DNA from: Lama guanicoe
Taxonomy: Eukaryota
DNA: 64,000 bases
Assembly (NCBI GenBank): GCA_013239625.1
Contig: MU054187.1
Span: 1,243,587 to 1,307,586, forward strand
Reading direction: 5' to 3'
Of this stretch, positions 37,340 to 50,499 are shown piece after piece (the stretch's first letter is position 1; the number at the start of each line of letters is the position of its first letter). The notes beneath the pieces were generated by a model, which saw only the letters and a list, made by a program, of their open reading frames with translations, did no database searches and was not told the DNA's origin. The translations under genes and the position numbers were made by a program.

Positions 37340-40250
37340 ATCAGAGAAGAGTGTGTTTCTAACTCTTCTGCACAGTTTACATGCAATGAAATGCAGAGAC
37401 CTTAAATGCACGGTTGGATCAGTTCTGACAAAGGCACACATTTGCTTAGTCCTTTAGATCACAGAACAGCTCCGCTGTGCCTCTTCCAGTGAATAACTTT
37501 CCAGAAGCGTCCATTGACTTAATTTCTTATCATCATGTGTTATTTTTGCTTCTCCTAGAACTTTATGTAATGCAAGCAGACTGTACTTATTCCTTTCTGT
37601 CTGGCTTCTTTCATTGTGAACAGTCCCTTGTGTTGCGTATTCAGTGGTTTACATCGCTGTGCAATACGAGTGGAGTGTGATAACACAGCCTCCTGTCCAC
37701 AGGCAACAGGATGCGTCCAGTCTTCTGCTGTTATAAATAAATCTGCTATAAACATTCTCGTGCAAGGATTTTGGAAGTCTTAATATTTTATGTCACTACT
37801 ATTAAGTGCTATAGGAGTGGAATTGAACAGGATAGATGTACAATTAACTTGCTAACAAACTGCCAAACCTATTTCTAAAATGGGCGTGTATGTGAACGTA
37901 TGCCAAACGCTGTCCGCTCCAGCATGGCTGGTGGCTCTGCCTGCTCCACGCTTATTCCGATACTTGATGGTCAGAGTTTTTTTTTTTAACTGTTCCCTTG
38001 AGCGTGTTGTGGTATCAGATTGCAGTTTTGATTTGCGTTTCCCCAAAGACTAATGATGATTACCTCCCAATGTACCATTTCAGCATCTTTACTGTCTGTT
38101 TGCATATCTTATTCTGTAATGTGTCTGCTCAAGTCTTTGGCCCAGTTTTTAATTGGGATGTTTTTATATTGTCACAGTGCAGGAGCGTACAAGCCTGTTT
38201 CTAAGTCTCTCGTTAGCTACACGTGTTACAGACGTGTCGCTCAATCTGTGTATGGCTGTCTGCTTTCCCTAAAGGAGTCTCCAACTTGCAGAACTTTCTA
38301 ATTTTGAAAAAGTCTAAATTACCATTTTGTTGTTGTTGTTTTTGTTGTGCGTGCTTACTGCTTTTTGGTTCTGAGGTAGGAGTCAGGAATGAAGGAATCA
38401 CCGTCTTATTTCCGTGAACTTGTGTCTCTCTCCGTTCACCTAAACCACACTATTGATTGTTGTGCTGTATAATACTTCCAGTGCTCACCCAGGGTAGGCT
38501 GGTCGGCTTTCCAATATTTCAAGCTTGTTTGGTTTTTCTAGATCCTTTGCATTACTCACACATTTTGTAAACAGCATGTCAGAATTTCTATTATAAGAAT
38601 ACTATCATGATTTTGAATAGGACTAAACTGACTTGATAGACAATTTAGAGAATTAACTCCTTGACAACTTTAAATCTTTTAATCCACAAACATAATATCA
38701 CTTTCCATTTAGTTATGTGTTAATTTTTCTCAACAATATTTTAATGTTTTCAATGGTAGAATACTACATATCTCTCATTAAATTTATTTTCATCATTTTA
38801 TGTTTTTCAATTTATTGTAAATAATATTTTAAAGATTTAATTTTCTAATTATCTGCTGCTAACACATAGAAATGCATTTATATACTCTGGCATTCTGCAA
38901 CGTAGCTTAATTTTCATATTAATTCTAGTAAGATTTTTTACTTTCTTTAAATTTTTCTATATATAAAATTATGTCATCTGCAAATAATAAATTTTGCTAA
39001 TTTCTTTCCAACCTATATTTCTTTAATTTTTTTTTCCTTGGTTTTGCCTGTTGTCATGGCTGGGACCTCCAGTGAGATGCTGAATGAAGTATTGACAGCA
39101 GGTGTCCTTCTCATTCTCAGGATAGTGGAGGGAACTTCTAGGCTTTTACCATTAAATGTGGCACCAGCTGTTGGTGTCCACAGATACACTTTATTAGAAT
39201 AGAAGGTGCCCTTCTGTTCCCAGGTTCCTGAGGACTTTACTTTTTCTTTTTCAAAATAGAAGTTAAAGTGGAATTCCCTCAGTGTTTTTTTATCCATTGA
39301 GGTATTGCATTTTTTCTTTTTTCACTCTGTTGATATGGTGCCCTTTTAAAAATGGATTTTGAATGCCAAATCCAGCTTGCATTCCTAGGATAAACACCAC
39401 AGTCATGAAACATTATGGTTTTTAAAAATATATCACAGCTTCTAATTTGCTAATGTATTTTTAATTTTAAAAAAAAGTCTATGGTCATGAAAGACAACCA
39501 GACGTGCCTGTCTTTCCCTGAATGCTGTGGTGGGAATTGGGTGCCAGGGTTACTACATCTTCACGTTAAGTTGTGAAGAGGTGACTCCGCCTCTATTTCC
39601 AGAAAGAAGCTGTTTAACAGTGAGAGTATCTCTTCCTTAAATGACTGGATAAGTTCACCAGAGACACAGTCCAATCCTAGAAGCATCATTTTTGTTCATA
39701 TGAATTAATCTGTCGAGTGAATATAGGACTTTTTTGATATTCTCTTTTCTTTTTTTGTAAATTTTGATAAGGTTTTTTTCAATGTTTTTGTTCATTTCAA
39801 CTAAGTTGTCAGTGTCTTTGCATGAAGTCAGTCACATCTTTCCGTTACCCTTTGACTATCTGCTGATTTGCAGTGACACCTCTGCCTTCACTGCTGATAT
39901 TAGTAACCTGTGTTTTCTCTCTTTTACTGTGTCATTTTTGCTATAGGTTTTATTAATTGTTTCAAAGAACCCATTTTTGTCATGGTTAATTTTGTCTATT
40001 ATTTTCAGTGCTCTATTTCATTGCTTTTCACTTGTATTTTTATTATGTTCTGTTTTCTATTTACCTTGTGTCAGTTTGGCTTCCATTTCTAACATCTTAA
40101 GATCCAAGCACAGATCACTGAGTTTACACATACCTTCTTTTTGTGCATATATTTAAATTTTTAAATTTCATTCAAAGAACTACTGTAGATGCATTACAGA
40201 ATTTGATATGCTACGTTTTTGTTTTATTCAGTTCAAAATACATTTTAAAG
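37340..40250 (-). mobile_element. Old L1 (L1ME/MC-like) 3'UTR and ORF2, antisense, degraded
   Basis: T-rich L1 antisense motifs (tatAAATAAatctgctataaacattc; ggtatcagattgcagttttgatttgc; remnant GATFNGKSLEVP). Confidence 0.75.
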
Positions 40251-41269
40251 TAACATGTGGTTGCATTAAAAATATCTCATAAGAGAGAAATGCAGATAAA
40301 CATCAAAAGAAAAATATCTAAAACAAACTGAAATTCTTAAGATTTAAAAAACATAAAAACTATATCCATGCTGGTAAAGCAAGAATGCCCATTTCCCTTC
40401 TCAGCACCAGGCAAACTAAGTTTAAGAGTCATAAAGGAGGAGAGCAAGGTCACTGTTCTTGAGCACGTGGGTCACTGTGTTAGGAGTCTGCCCTTTAATG
40501 ACGTTTGCATGTAAGTATAATACGTCAAATAAAAGTTGGGAGTGAGATTCATTAATAGCTCATGTTTATCCACATTAGCAATTCCAAAAAATAAAATGTT
40601 TTCAAAAAATGCAATGAATCAGAAATCAAGAAATATGCACTCTAATCCTGACTGTAGCAATTACTAAACTCTAAATATCTTAGAAAGTCACAAATCTTTA
40701 GGATATATATTTACTTATTTTTAAAACATAGACATTGGCAGGTTTCTCATGAGGATCTAATATGAAGTGTCTTAACCGCGGATTCACAAAATTAAATCAT
40801 GTCAATGAGACACTTCCCGTTACAGTGTGTGCCAAGAGCCCTTAGAAGGACAGAAGTCTCACAGGCTTTTTTTTCCACAAACATTTTTTGCATGATGGAA
40901 AAGTTCAGGACCTAAATATGGAATTTGCTGGTAGATTAATCCATGGCATTAAATAGAACTTTGTAGACAAAACCCTGCACGGCTGAATGGACGGCTCGTA
41001 AGGGCGGGCCCTGCTCGATAATGAGGTGAAATAGTGCTTTTATTCGGCTTCGTTTCCCTTAATGAAGCCTTAATATCTCGGGGGTCAAAGGTAACTACTT
41101 GCGGGTCTCCTGCAGGGGCCCGCTTTAGGTTTTAATGGGTTTTTTTGGTGTAAGTGACATACATGACTCCCTGGCCATTGAGTGTATGAAGCAGACAGTG
41201 TAGACGGTGTGAGTCTGGCGCAGGCAGGCGTTCTAACCAGTGGTGCCTCTGTGACTCTGTCTCCTGCAG

Positions 41270-41352
41270 GTGCTCCCAGCGACCAGAGCAGCGGCACATC
41301 CTCACCTCTTTGTGACAGCGGTTTGCACCTCAACTACCACCCCAACAACACA
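41270..41352 (+). CDS. SNTG1: SNTG1 coding exon (83 nt): (C)APSDQSSGTSSPLCDSGLHLNYHPNNT (Ser-rich linker)
   Basis: ctctgtctcctgcAG acceptor; ACA|GTAAGA donor; the peptide is visible in ORF 41182..41382. Confidence 0.95.
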
Positions 41353-44123
41353 GTAAGATGGCCAAGGCGCAGACCCCATTAATAAGGAGGGAGCTTGGGG
41401 AAGGTCTAGGGAGAATACGTGTAGCGTCAGTGCGCAAAAACTGCTGTGAAGTCCAGTTTCTCTGATATGTTTGAAATCCGTGGTTGCTTCATGATTTAAG
41501 GATCACGATAATCCAGGGAGGAAAAACACGAGTAGGTCGGTTACTTTTTTGATGTCACTTTTCTCTTCTCAGGTCTGTATGAAGCCCTCTGTGAGCTACA
41601 GAAACTTACCTCTGGGACACCACGTGTCACATCATATAGTCACCTAATAACATTGCATATTATATGTGGTTGCATGTTCTATGTCATTTGACATAACTTT
41701 CATCATTTTTTCTTTTGAAATTATTTTGCTATAAGTAGCTATGTAATTTGCCACACATTAGGATTTCTTAGCACCCTTCATGCACACCAGGGAATTAATG
41801 CAAAGTGGGGAGACCTAACCTACACATTACATGAGATGTGAGGAACGTTAAACTATGCATGTATTTAATAATTGATAAAATTGACTTGTTTGTTTTATAT
41901 CCATTTAATAAAGTGTCCATTTTGATTTTCCACCTGTATTTGGGAGTAAGCAGGTTTTTCTTTTTTCTTTCATAATAGATTTTTGAAACTCCGTGTATCT
42001 CACTCTTCAGAACATTCCCACGTTCTGAAGACAAACGATTCTGCCTGGTTAAACGTGAGGCTCACAGCATCCCCTGTGCTCACTTTATGCGGAATTTTTG
42101 TTTACTGTTCCGTGTTAGGCACGGAACTTTTTAGTTTAGCTACGTGTTAGACACGTAGCTTTTTCTTCTGACATGGACAGTTCACTCTCCACTGGGAATC
42201 CTTGCCCTCGCTGTGGCATTTTTCTTCCAAGCCCTCCTCTTGGGCACCTCCAGGCCCTCGTGGAGCCATCGTGCTGAACCGCACCAGCACCCATCGCGGC
42301 TGAAGGCCTCCGGGCCCCACGTCTCTCCCGTTTGGTTGGTTTAGCTCCTGCAGGGGAACCCTGGGCACCACCGAGGGTCATCTGTGCAGGTGTAGACCCG
42401 CCACACTGGGGGCACTTCATCTGGCTGCCTCTTTTACTTTGTTACCAGAGAAATCGTCCCACGAGGGAGGCTGTTTACAATGCGGATCTTCAGAAGACGG
42501 GGATCTGAGTGACTTAGCGGCTGCTTTCCTGGTGGGGAAACGGCTAGACACGCCCTGGGCCCTGCAGCACTCCAGGGCCCGCGAGGGGCAGAGGGGGCCG
42601 CTCCGGCCTTAGTGATGGGGCGGCTTGGTCGGTTCTGGCCCTGGGGCCTCGTCGGTTTGCCCTCGTGGGTCACACAGGGTCGCTGTTTCTCCAGGTGCCC
42701 TCCTGCAGAAAAGACAGGGGCGCAGGGGCTGAGCGCTCGGAAGCGCCTCACTTCCCTTCTGTGAGAGGGGCCCGTGACGGCCTGTCTCTGGGACAGGTGC
42801 GGGGAGGCCGGGGCATCGCAGGACCCTGCCTGGAACTCGTGGGCTGGGGGAGTGGCCTTTCTGCACCCGGGGGTCTCACTCTGCTCGGGAGCCTGAGCCC
42901 TGACAGCCCTGCTGAGCTGTCACCACCGCCTGTGTCACGTCATGTGACGTGAAGGCCGGGGGAGAGGAGGACGGCTCCTGTGGCCCCTGGTCTGGCCCCT
43001 GGGGCGGCCCCACGAGCATGTCTTACACGGTGGGGGGGGGCGTCCTGGGGACCAGCCACGGCCCCTCACCACCATCGGAGTCAGGCCTCCCTCTGGCTGT
43101 GGGACGTGGCTGAGGACTTGGCCAACCCTCACGGGCACTGTGGTTGACAGTTACCATAAAGAACACTCCACCTTTAGCAAAAAATACGTAACAGTTTTTC
43201 CCCTAAGCAATTTTGAAGAAATTAATACCTGAAAGAGGCTAAAAATGTTACGCTCACAGGGCTTCAGCACCTGCACTAGAGCAGGGTCTCCTCCAGCCTC
43301 AGGACTCGGGCACGGTGGGGTCTGGCAGCAGGGGAGCCGGCGCCGGGGCCCCAGGCCAGACGGAGCCTGGCTCTCACAGCTCCTGCGCTGTGTCGGCGTC
43401 CTTCCCTGTGTGCCACTCGTGAGCAAGTTTAGCAATGAAGCTGGGATCGTGAAAGAAGGGTAGATTCACATCAAGTGAAAAGCTCAGATTTTATTCAAAT
43501 ACATGTCTTCTCTACGCATAAGGAGAAAATACCCACACTTTTAATGACACCTAAAATACATGTAATCTTAAACCTGTAGAAAACAACATAAGGAAATAAA
43601 AACGTGTGAACATGAGGGTTAAACAGTGGACAGAGGTTTCCTTGAGTTGAGCTGGGGAGCTGTTTTAGGGGAATGTTCATTCTACTCAAAAATCTCTCTA
43701 AGTAACTGATGGATCACAAGGCCTTCTAACAACGTTTAATGCTGAGCAGATAGAAACCATTTGCTTAACTGAATGGACTATGATTATTTGACTTTTGTCA
43801 CCAGCTAGTTCTTTGCAGTTAGTTTCGCCCCACCTTTCCATCCTTGAGTGAATTCAGTTGTCACGGTTTTATTTTTTTCTTCCTCCTCCTCACCCCATTT
43901 TTTCATGTTTTCAGTTTGGTTCTTGAGCTCAGTGTGTCCCTCCTCACTTTCTCACAGAATTCCGTGGATAGAGAAATTAACACAAGTAACTTCACTGTCA
44001 GTGAACATGAACATCTTGTGGTATTTTATCCGCGTCTTGTGATGGTTTAGGGATAGGCGTCCCTCAGATGAGGAGGGCTTGTGACGTGGAGCCCACGGCA
44101 CTGAAGGCTGCTTTCCTTTTCAG

Positions 44124-44254
44124 GACACGTTATCCTGCTCCTCGTGGCCCGCGTGCCCCGGGCTGAGGTGGGAAAAGCGATGGTGCGACCTCAGACTGAT
44201 CCCTCTGCTGCACTCCCGCTTCTCCCAGTACGCGCCGGGGACGGACCTGAGCCG
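44124..44254 (+). CDS. SNTG1: SNTG1 coding exon (131 nt): DTLSCSSWPACPGLRWEKRWCDLRLIPLLHSRFSQYAPGTDLS(R)
   Basis: ctttccttttcAG acceptor; CG|GTGAGT donor at 44255; phase 0 to 2. Confidence 0.95.
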
Positions 44255-44559
44255 GTGAGTCCCGCGGGCGGCTCTCCTAGCCGTGCGCCCCCAGGAGCAG
44301 GCCACACGCGTCAGCGCGGGCGGCCGAGGCGTCGCCCGGCGCTGTTCTCTTTGTTCCCGCTGTCTGGTGTAACTTCGTGTCGAGCGGTTTCGCTCCTTTG
44401 GTATTTCCCGAGACTTGGTTTCACTCAGTATTTAACTAATTTTAGGAAATGTTCCACGTGCACTTCAGAGAGTGTGCAGTGTCCACACAGTGCAGCCCGG
44501 TCACGTTTTTCATTGGAGATTGTGATCCTCTAATAAGCTAGTAGTGTGGCTGCTTCTCG

Positions 44560-45060
44560 TTGAAAACTCCACCCCCTGAAGGCCGTCTGGGCGGCCCCAG
44601 GGGTTGGTTTTTCCAGGCAGAGCTGCTGTGGGCACTTGGGTGTGGGCTTCCGGGCGAAGAGGCATTCTCACTCCCTTGGGCGCGAGCTCGGAGCGCAGCT
44701 GGCCGCACGGCAGCAGCGTGCCTAGTTTGCCGAGGGGCAGCCGAGGGTTTGCGGGGGCGAGCGGGCGCCGCCGGGCCTCCGCGGCTCTGCCGGGACTCGG
44801 TGTTGCCGTCTCCCGTTTCGCCGCTCCTGCAGGCACAGTGCAGGTAGGATTCACCGCCGCGGCCTGGATGTGCACATCCCGGTGCTGCTGGGCGTCTTGC
44901 CCTGTACTTATCCGTCGCATGGAACCCGCTTTGGTGAAATGCTGCTTTGTCTTTGGACCATTTTGTAATTGGCTTTATTTATTTGTTTTTATTTACTTTT
45001 TGACTGCTGAGATTTGACAGTTTTATGTGTGTTCAAGAAAAAACTCCTTTGTGTCAAGTT
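44560..45060 (-). mobile_element. Old L1 3' fragment, antisense, extremely GC-shifted
   Basis: Colinear with the L1 antisense consensus and with in-window copies at about 13560-14050 and 37690-38200; reverts to normal AT-rich L1 from about 44930 (tttggtgaaatg…ccattttgtaattgg). Confidence 0.7.
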
Positions 45061-45181
45061 TTTGTACTCTATTCTAACTTTTTTCAAATAGTTAAACATT
45101 TTGATTTTTAACATTCCCTCTATGATGTTGTTATACATACACCCTCTTATTTTGCTTTAATTGTTGCCCGAGCATCATGCC

Positions 45182-45512
45182 GTATGTCTCCGTCCTTCAA
45201 GCTGCTGTAACAAAACACAGCAGATGATAGCAGCAAGCAAGCAGCAGACGCGTGTTCGCGCAGCCTGGGAGCCGGAAGTCCTAGACGAGGCGCCGGCGTC
45301 CTGGTGGAGCTCTTTGATCAAGACCCCGCCCTGGCTCACGCGCGCGGTGTCTTCTCGCTCTGCCCCCCGTGGTGGAAGGGACCAGGGATCTCTCGGGAGC
45401 CCCTCCTGCAATCACTGATCCTGTACCCAGGGCTCCACCCTCCCGTCTTAAGCGTCCCTGAAGCTCCGCCCATCAGTCCATCACATTGGTCATCGGGGTT
45501 TCAGACCACAGC
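45182..45512 (-). mobile_element. MLT1 (ERVL-MaLR) LTR, GC-shifted
   Basis: gctgctgtaacaaaacac…gccggaagtcc…tcttctcgctctgcccc…agggctccaccctc…tttcagaccacagca hallmark MLT1A-like motifs. Confidence 0.75.
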
Positions 45513-46097
45513 ACCACACAGACATGATTTATGACTGTTCAATGCAATTTACTATTTTTGTCTTTTTCAGAAAATGCTAGAAACTTAGAACACTTTAGCT
45601 AACTCCTTTCTTTCCTGTCCTTGGGCCTATTTCTGATGAGCTCTGATTCATGTGTGCAGCCTAAGTTCCTGAAGATATTTTATTATCATCGCGTAACTAT
45701 TCCTCAGCAGTGACCCACCTTTAACCTTTCTTTTGTTCATCTTTATTTGTTTTGGTTCTATTTTTCTTTTGCCTTAAGAACTTTTTAAAAATATTTCTAT
45801 TAATGGCATTTTTAAATGTATGAATTTGTTTTGTTTTGTTTTTACTTTTAAAAATGTATGTAGTTGCATGGAGTAGAAGTGTTCAGCTTAAGCAATTGAC
45901 GAGAAAAAAGAATTTCCATGAGTGCAGATGAATTCTGACATTTTTACTTTTATGGCACCCCAGCACAATTGAATTAATTACACTCGATAAACATGACAGT
46001 AATAATCAGTTACAGACCCAGCACTGTTCTGAGTGGATTGCACAGCAGTTCACATTCAAGAGCTAACTTATTCTTCACTCATTGCCTAAAAAAATAT

Positions 46098-46315
46098 TTT
46101 TTAACATTTTTTTAATTGAGTTTAGTCATTTTACAAAGTTGTGTCAAATTCCAGTGTAAAGCACAATTTTTCAATTATACATGGACATACACATATTCAT
46201 TGTCCCTTTTTTTGCTGTGAGCTACCACAAGATCTTGTATATATTTCCCTGTGCTATACAGTATAATCTTGTTTATCTGTTCTGCATATGCCTGTCAGTA
46301 TCTACAAATTTTGGA
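46098..46315 (-). mobile_element. Camelid-type L1 3' tail fragment
   Basis: Poly-T start, gtgtcaaattccagtgta…tttccctgtgctatacagtataatcttgtttatc. Confidence 0.8.
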
Positions 46316-48093
46316 CTCAATAAATATTACTTTAGTATCTGTACGTGGGAAGTGTTGAGGTTGAGGGACAAAGCTGCCATGTTCATTTTCCACCCAGAGA
46401 AATCAGAGGTCAGAGAGTGGCATGAACTTAAGTTCTGTGCAGTCACCTTACAGACAGTGAACAGAGTGGGAGGGACGTGCAGGGCTTGTGTGGGGATGAT
46501 GAGTCGCCAAAATTCAAATCGGGAGATGAACTGGTGATTCCGCTTTGGGAGACAGGTAACGAAACTGTGGAAGAGCTTCTGACGAACCTCAGCCAATGGT
46601 GGCGGTTTTGAGCCAGGAGCGGGGACGGACCATGCATCAGGCAGAGAGCACACCGAGGTGGCCCCACGGCGGAGACGCCCCTGAACTTGCTGCTGGTGGA
46701 CTGAGCTCAGTGTGAAACAGAGCAAATGGCTGGAATCACTGGCCCCACGGTCTCCTTTCATTTTGCCCTTTGCTTCATCATCTCTCCAGTAATTAATAAC
46801 CAACTCAGGAAAAGTGGCTTATTTTTCAAATACTGTTTGAGTCGGTTCTCTCCAGGAAGAGATGCCCTGCCCTGAAACATTCTGACCCTTATTTGAGTAT
46901 CTCGAGACCCTTCCTCCGTCCCTGCCTGCAGCAGCATCGCACCTGCTCTAACCCACTGCAGACAGGCCTTCGCAAAGTACCAACATGAGCCTCTCACGCC
47001 AGGGCCCTGTGCTTCCCAGGGCTCTCCCTGCCCGGGCCAGGTGGCGATGCTGAGCTGGCGTGCAGGGCCCGCTTCCATCGCAGCCATCGGGCTTCACCTA
47101 GTCGCTGCCCTGTGACTTGCTACTTCCCCAGACGCACGTTGTAGCGACGACCACACTTCTCTCAAACTGCCATGCTTGTAAGAGGCTGACGTTCGTCTTT
47201 GGAGTCCTTCCCTCCTGTCTGAAGGGTGTGCCTTCTCGCCTTTCCCGCATCTAAGCCATCCATCCCGTGGGACCCGAAACCCTGCAGGGATCTGACCACC
47301 TGCTCCCTCGTAATCTGTGAAGGGAGGCGGCACTGAGCCACACCCTTCCTCACCCTTTATGAACCCCTTTAGCCAGCTGCTTCATTCTCACTCTCCCCGA
47401 CACAGGTTTGTTTCAGTCCCACATCATCTCATCTTTGGCCAGTTACCCAAACTGGTCCAACAGGGCCACTCCCTCCCTCCACACGAATCGGACCGTGCAG
47501 CCAGTCCTCCGTGGGACGTTCGGCTGCGGGTCCCGTGGACTCTGAGCTGCTCACACGAGGCTCACACCCTCCTCCTCGGGCTGGCCTGCCTCTCCGTGGG
47601 CTCCCCGCTGCCCTTCGTGGACAGGGGATCCCCGCCGCTGCAGACTTGCACATTTTGGTCTCTCCACCTCTTCCTCGTGCTGAAAATGCCTGCTCCCTCT
47701 GCCTTCGCCTGTTCACTCCTCACAAACTGAACATCACATACACCTGCCTTCATGTGGTCTAAGAGCAGCAGTGAATCCAAGCATGCACCACTTAACCGAG
47801 CGCACAAGAAGTGCATGCATATTCATGGGGATCCTGCTGTGCTGAAAAGTAGTTATGAATGCTTGGTGTGTGGTGTATTTTTCATATAAAGGGAAACTAA
47901 ATTTGAATTTTAAATGAATAAACCTAGTTTAAAATTCAGCAACACTGGAGAATAACTTTTATTGCCAGAAAAGTGATCAGGAATCCTTAGAAAAATATAA
48001 GACAATATTGAGCAAAGAGTGGGAAAAAACCCTGCACTCAGAAGTCTAGGTTACCCAACTCTAGCCATGCAACTGCTTTCTTTCAGCAAGTGA

Positions 48094-48115
48094 GTGTGTG
48101 TGTGTGTGTGTGTGT
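48094..48115. repeat. (GT)n microsatellite
   Basis: Directly visible. Confidence 0.9.
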
Positions 48116-50499
48116 ACAAAGAATTGTCATGTAGCCCGGGGACCCTCAAGGCTACAATAATTGTGGCTAAAGTTTAATGTCTCACAGCACAAAACCGAAT
48201 TAACAGGTAATGCATCTTATTGATTTCAGAGAGCGTACGATCAAACAAGATGAAACACATAAGTTTTGGCTTGACAATTTCTGATTATCTTGACCCAAAA
48301 ATGACATTTTCTGAAAGCTGCAGACACCGCCGCGCACTGCCGCTGCCCCTCAGTGCTGGGTGACAGACGTCGTCACTGAGCTGCCCCAGACACCGCAGTC
48401 GGGACCACATGGCGGTGGTTCATTCGCGAGCTTCTGTGATACGTGAAAGCATCTGGGTCCTACCAGTTACTCCATAAATTCTGACTGAATCCGTAAAGGA
48501 TATTTTGCTCATTTTCTTTTAGGGAAATCGAGGCACAACGAAGTAGCCTCAGTTGCCAGTGTTCTTATTTATTCTAACAGAGGCAGGAATGGGGCCCAGG
48601 CTGCCGTCCTTACGCCCCGTCTGCCTTCCAAGAGGCCACATGGAAGCAAAGAGCCCGTTCAAATGCTTCGCTCGTATTCCTGAAAGGGTTTCTGACAAAC
48701 CCGCCAAAAAGTGGAAACATCGTAGACGGTGATGTATGTTGGCAGCTTAGCCCGGGTTTACGAAAGGTCAGTCTTCAGACTGACTCCGCGCGGAGACGTC
48801 GCGGCGCGTGTGACTGCACGGACGGCAGACTGGCTCCGGGGCGCTGGCTTTAACCAACCGAGGTACCCAGGCGCCGCGACGCATTTACAGCAGAGAGGAC
48901 GACGATGTTCAGGACAGACTGCAACTTGCGGTGCATGAAGCAACGGTTGTGATGACCAGCGAGCAGAGAGAACCGTGTGCGACTAAATGCAGACTGGTTC
49001 CCGCACGGAGAGCTGAGCTTCCGTGCACTGCAGATCTCTCGCTCACTCTTGAATATCAAAATTAAGCTAAGAAATTCAGGTCAAGTTGCAATATTCTTCT
49101 TGTGCTTAGCGTATTCTTTTCTTGTCACAAATTCAAAAGAACGTCATTTCAAAGAGAGGAAGAATAGTTGTCCCTTCTTAGGCTTTTTGTGTATTTTTAA
49201 GAGCAAACGAAAAAGAATATTTGAACACTTCCTGTTATCAGTAGAAAGCGCTTGGTCTGCAGCAGGTTTCTCTGGAGATGTTCATAATGTGGATGCAGGG
49301 TGCCCGGACGGGAAAGGTTTGCCTCGCGTCCAGTTCTGAGACCGGACCAGTCTCGTGGGACGGGAGAGCGACGCGGCCCCCGTGGTGGTCCTGGGCCAGA
49401 CACATGCCCCTCGTGTTGGGTCTTTGCTTGTGGAGATGAAATCACGTGTAGAATCTACAAACCCCTACTCAAAAAACTCAGAAGAGAGAGAAAAACTATT
49501 TAATTGGAGAAAAACATATAAATGTATGCCATTTACATCACATTTTGAATACTGAATTAAAGAATTTTTCTATTGCTTCAAAACGGGCTGGGATTTAAAT
49601 ATAATTTGTGCATTTTCTGAAGTATATTGTGTCGCGTCAGAGAGTAATTCTCAAACATGAGGATTTGGCTACTTTTCATTCATTTGGGGTTTTCTTTAAA
49701 TCTATTCCTCTCCATTAAGCTTATATCGAAACATGCAAGAGCCTGATACAGGAAAAAAAGTGAACAATTAGAGCTGTAGGAAGCTGCTTTAAATCTACAG
49801 CACTTTTGTCAATGGCTCCATTTAATTTTCTCTAACAACAACAAAAACAGCAAAATCTCAGTGGAGGATTATAGAGACACTTAGGCCGACTGCTGCATTT
49901 TAAGTCAAGCGTGGTGGTCGTGCACCACACGCACGTAAACTTCAAATGTGAGTATTCAGAGCAGGTGAGGAGCTATGAACCTCTTGTCCCAAACCGCTTG
50001 AGAAGGTGGGTAACAGCTGGTTCCACAGCTGACAACATGCTCCAGCTCCTGACGTCACGTGGTATGATGCCCAGTCTCTGGGTGTGTGGCTTTTGTGTGT
50101 CCATTCTGTGACATCAGAAAATGCACTGAAAAATGGCAAGAGGAGGCGATGGTACCCAAAACGATAAACACCAACATGTGATTCCATGGCACGCGGGGAA
50201 AGAAGCCCCGTCAATGTCTTAGCTGTTTTCCACTTACGTAACGTACATTTGACATCTCAGAGGTTTTCCAGATCCATCTGAATCTCAGAATGCTTTCTCG
50301 TACCTCAGAATCGTGTGTTGCCTGCATTCATCCTGAGGGCTCCTTTTAAAAACATATTTTTATGAGAAGTAAGCAAATATGAATTTGAAGCTGCATTTAT
50401 ACTGTTTGAAAGAAGAGCTTTCGAACAGATAACTATTTCAAGTTGCTAAGAGACAAGCGAGATGATGCTTCGGTCTAATTTGTTGTGACATCTCCGCAG

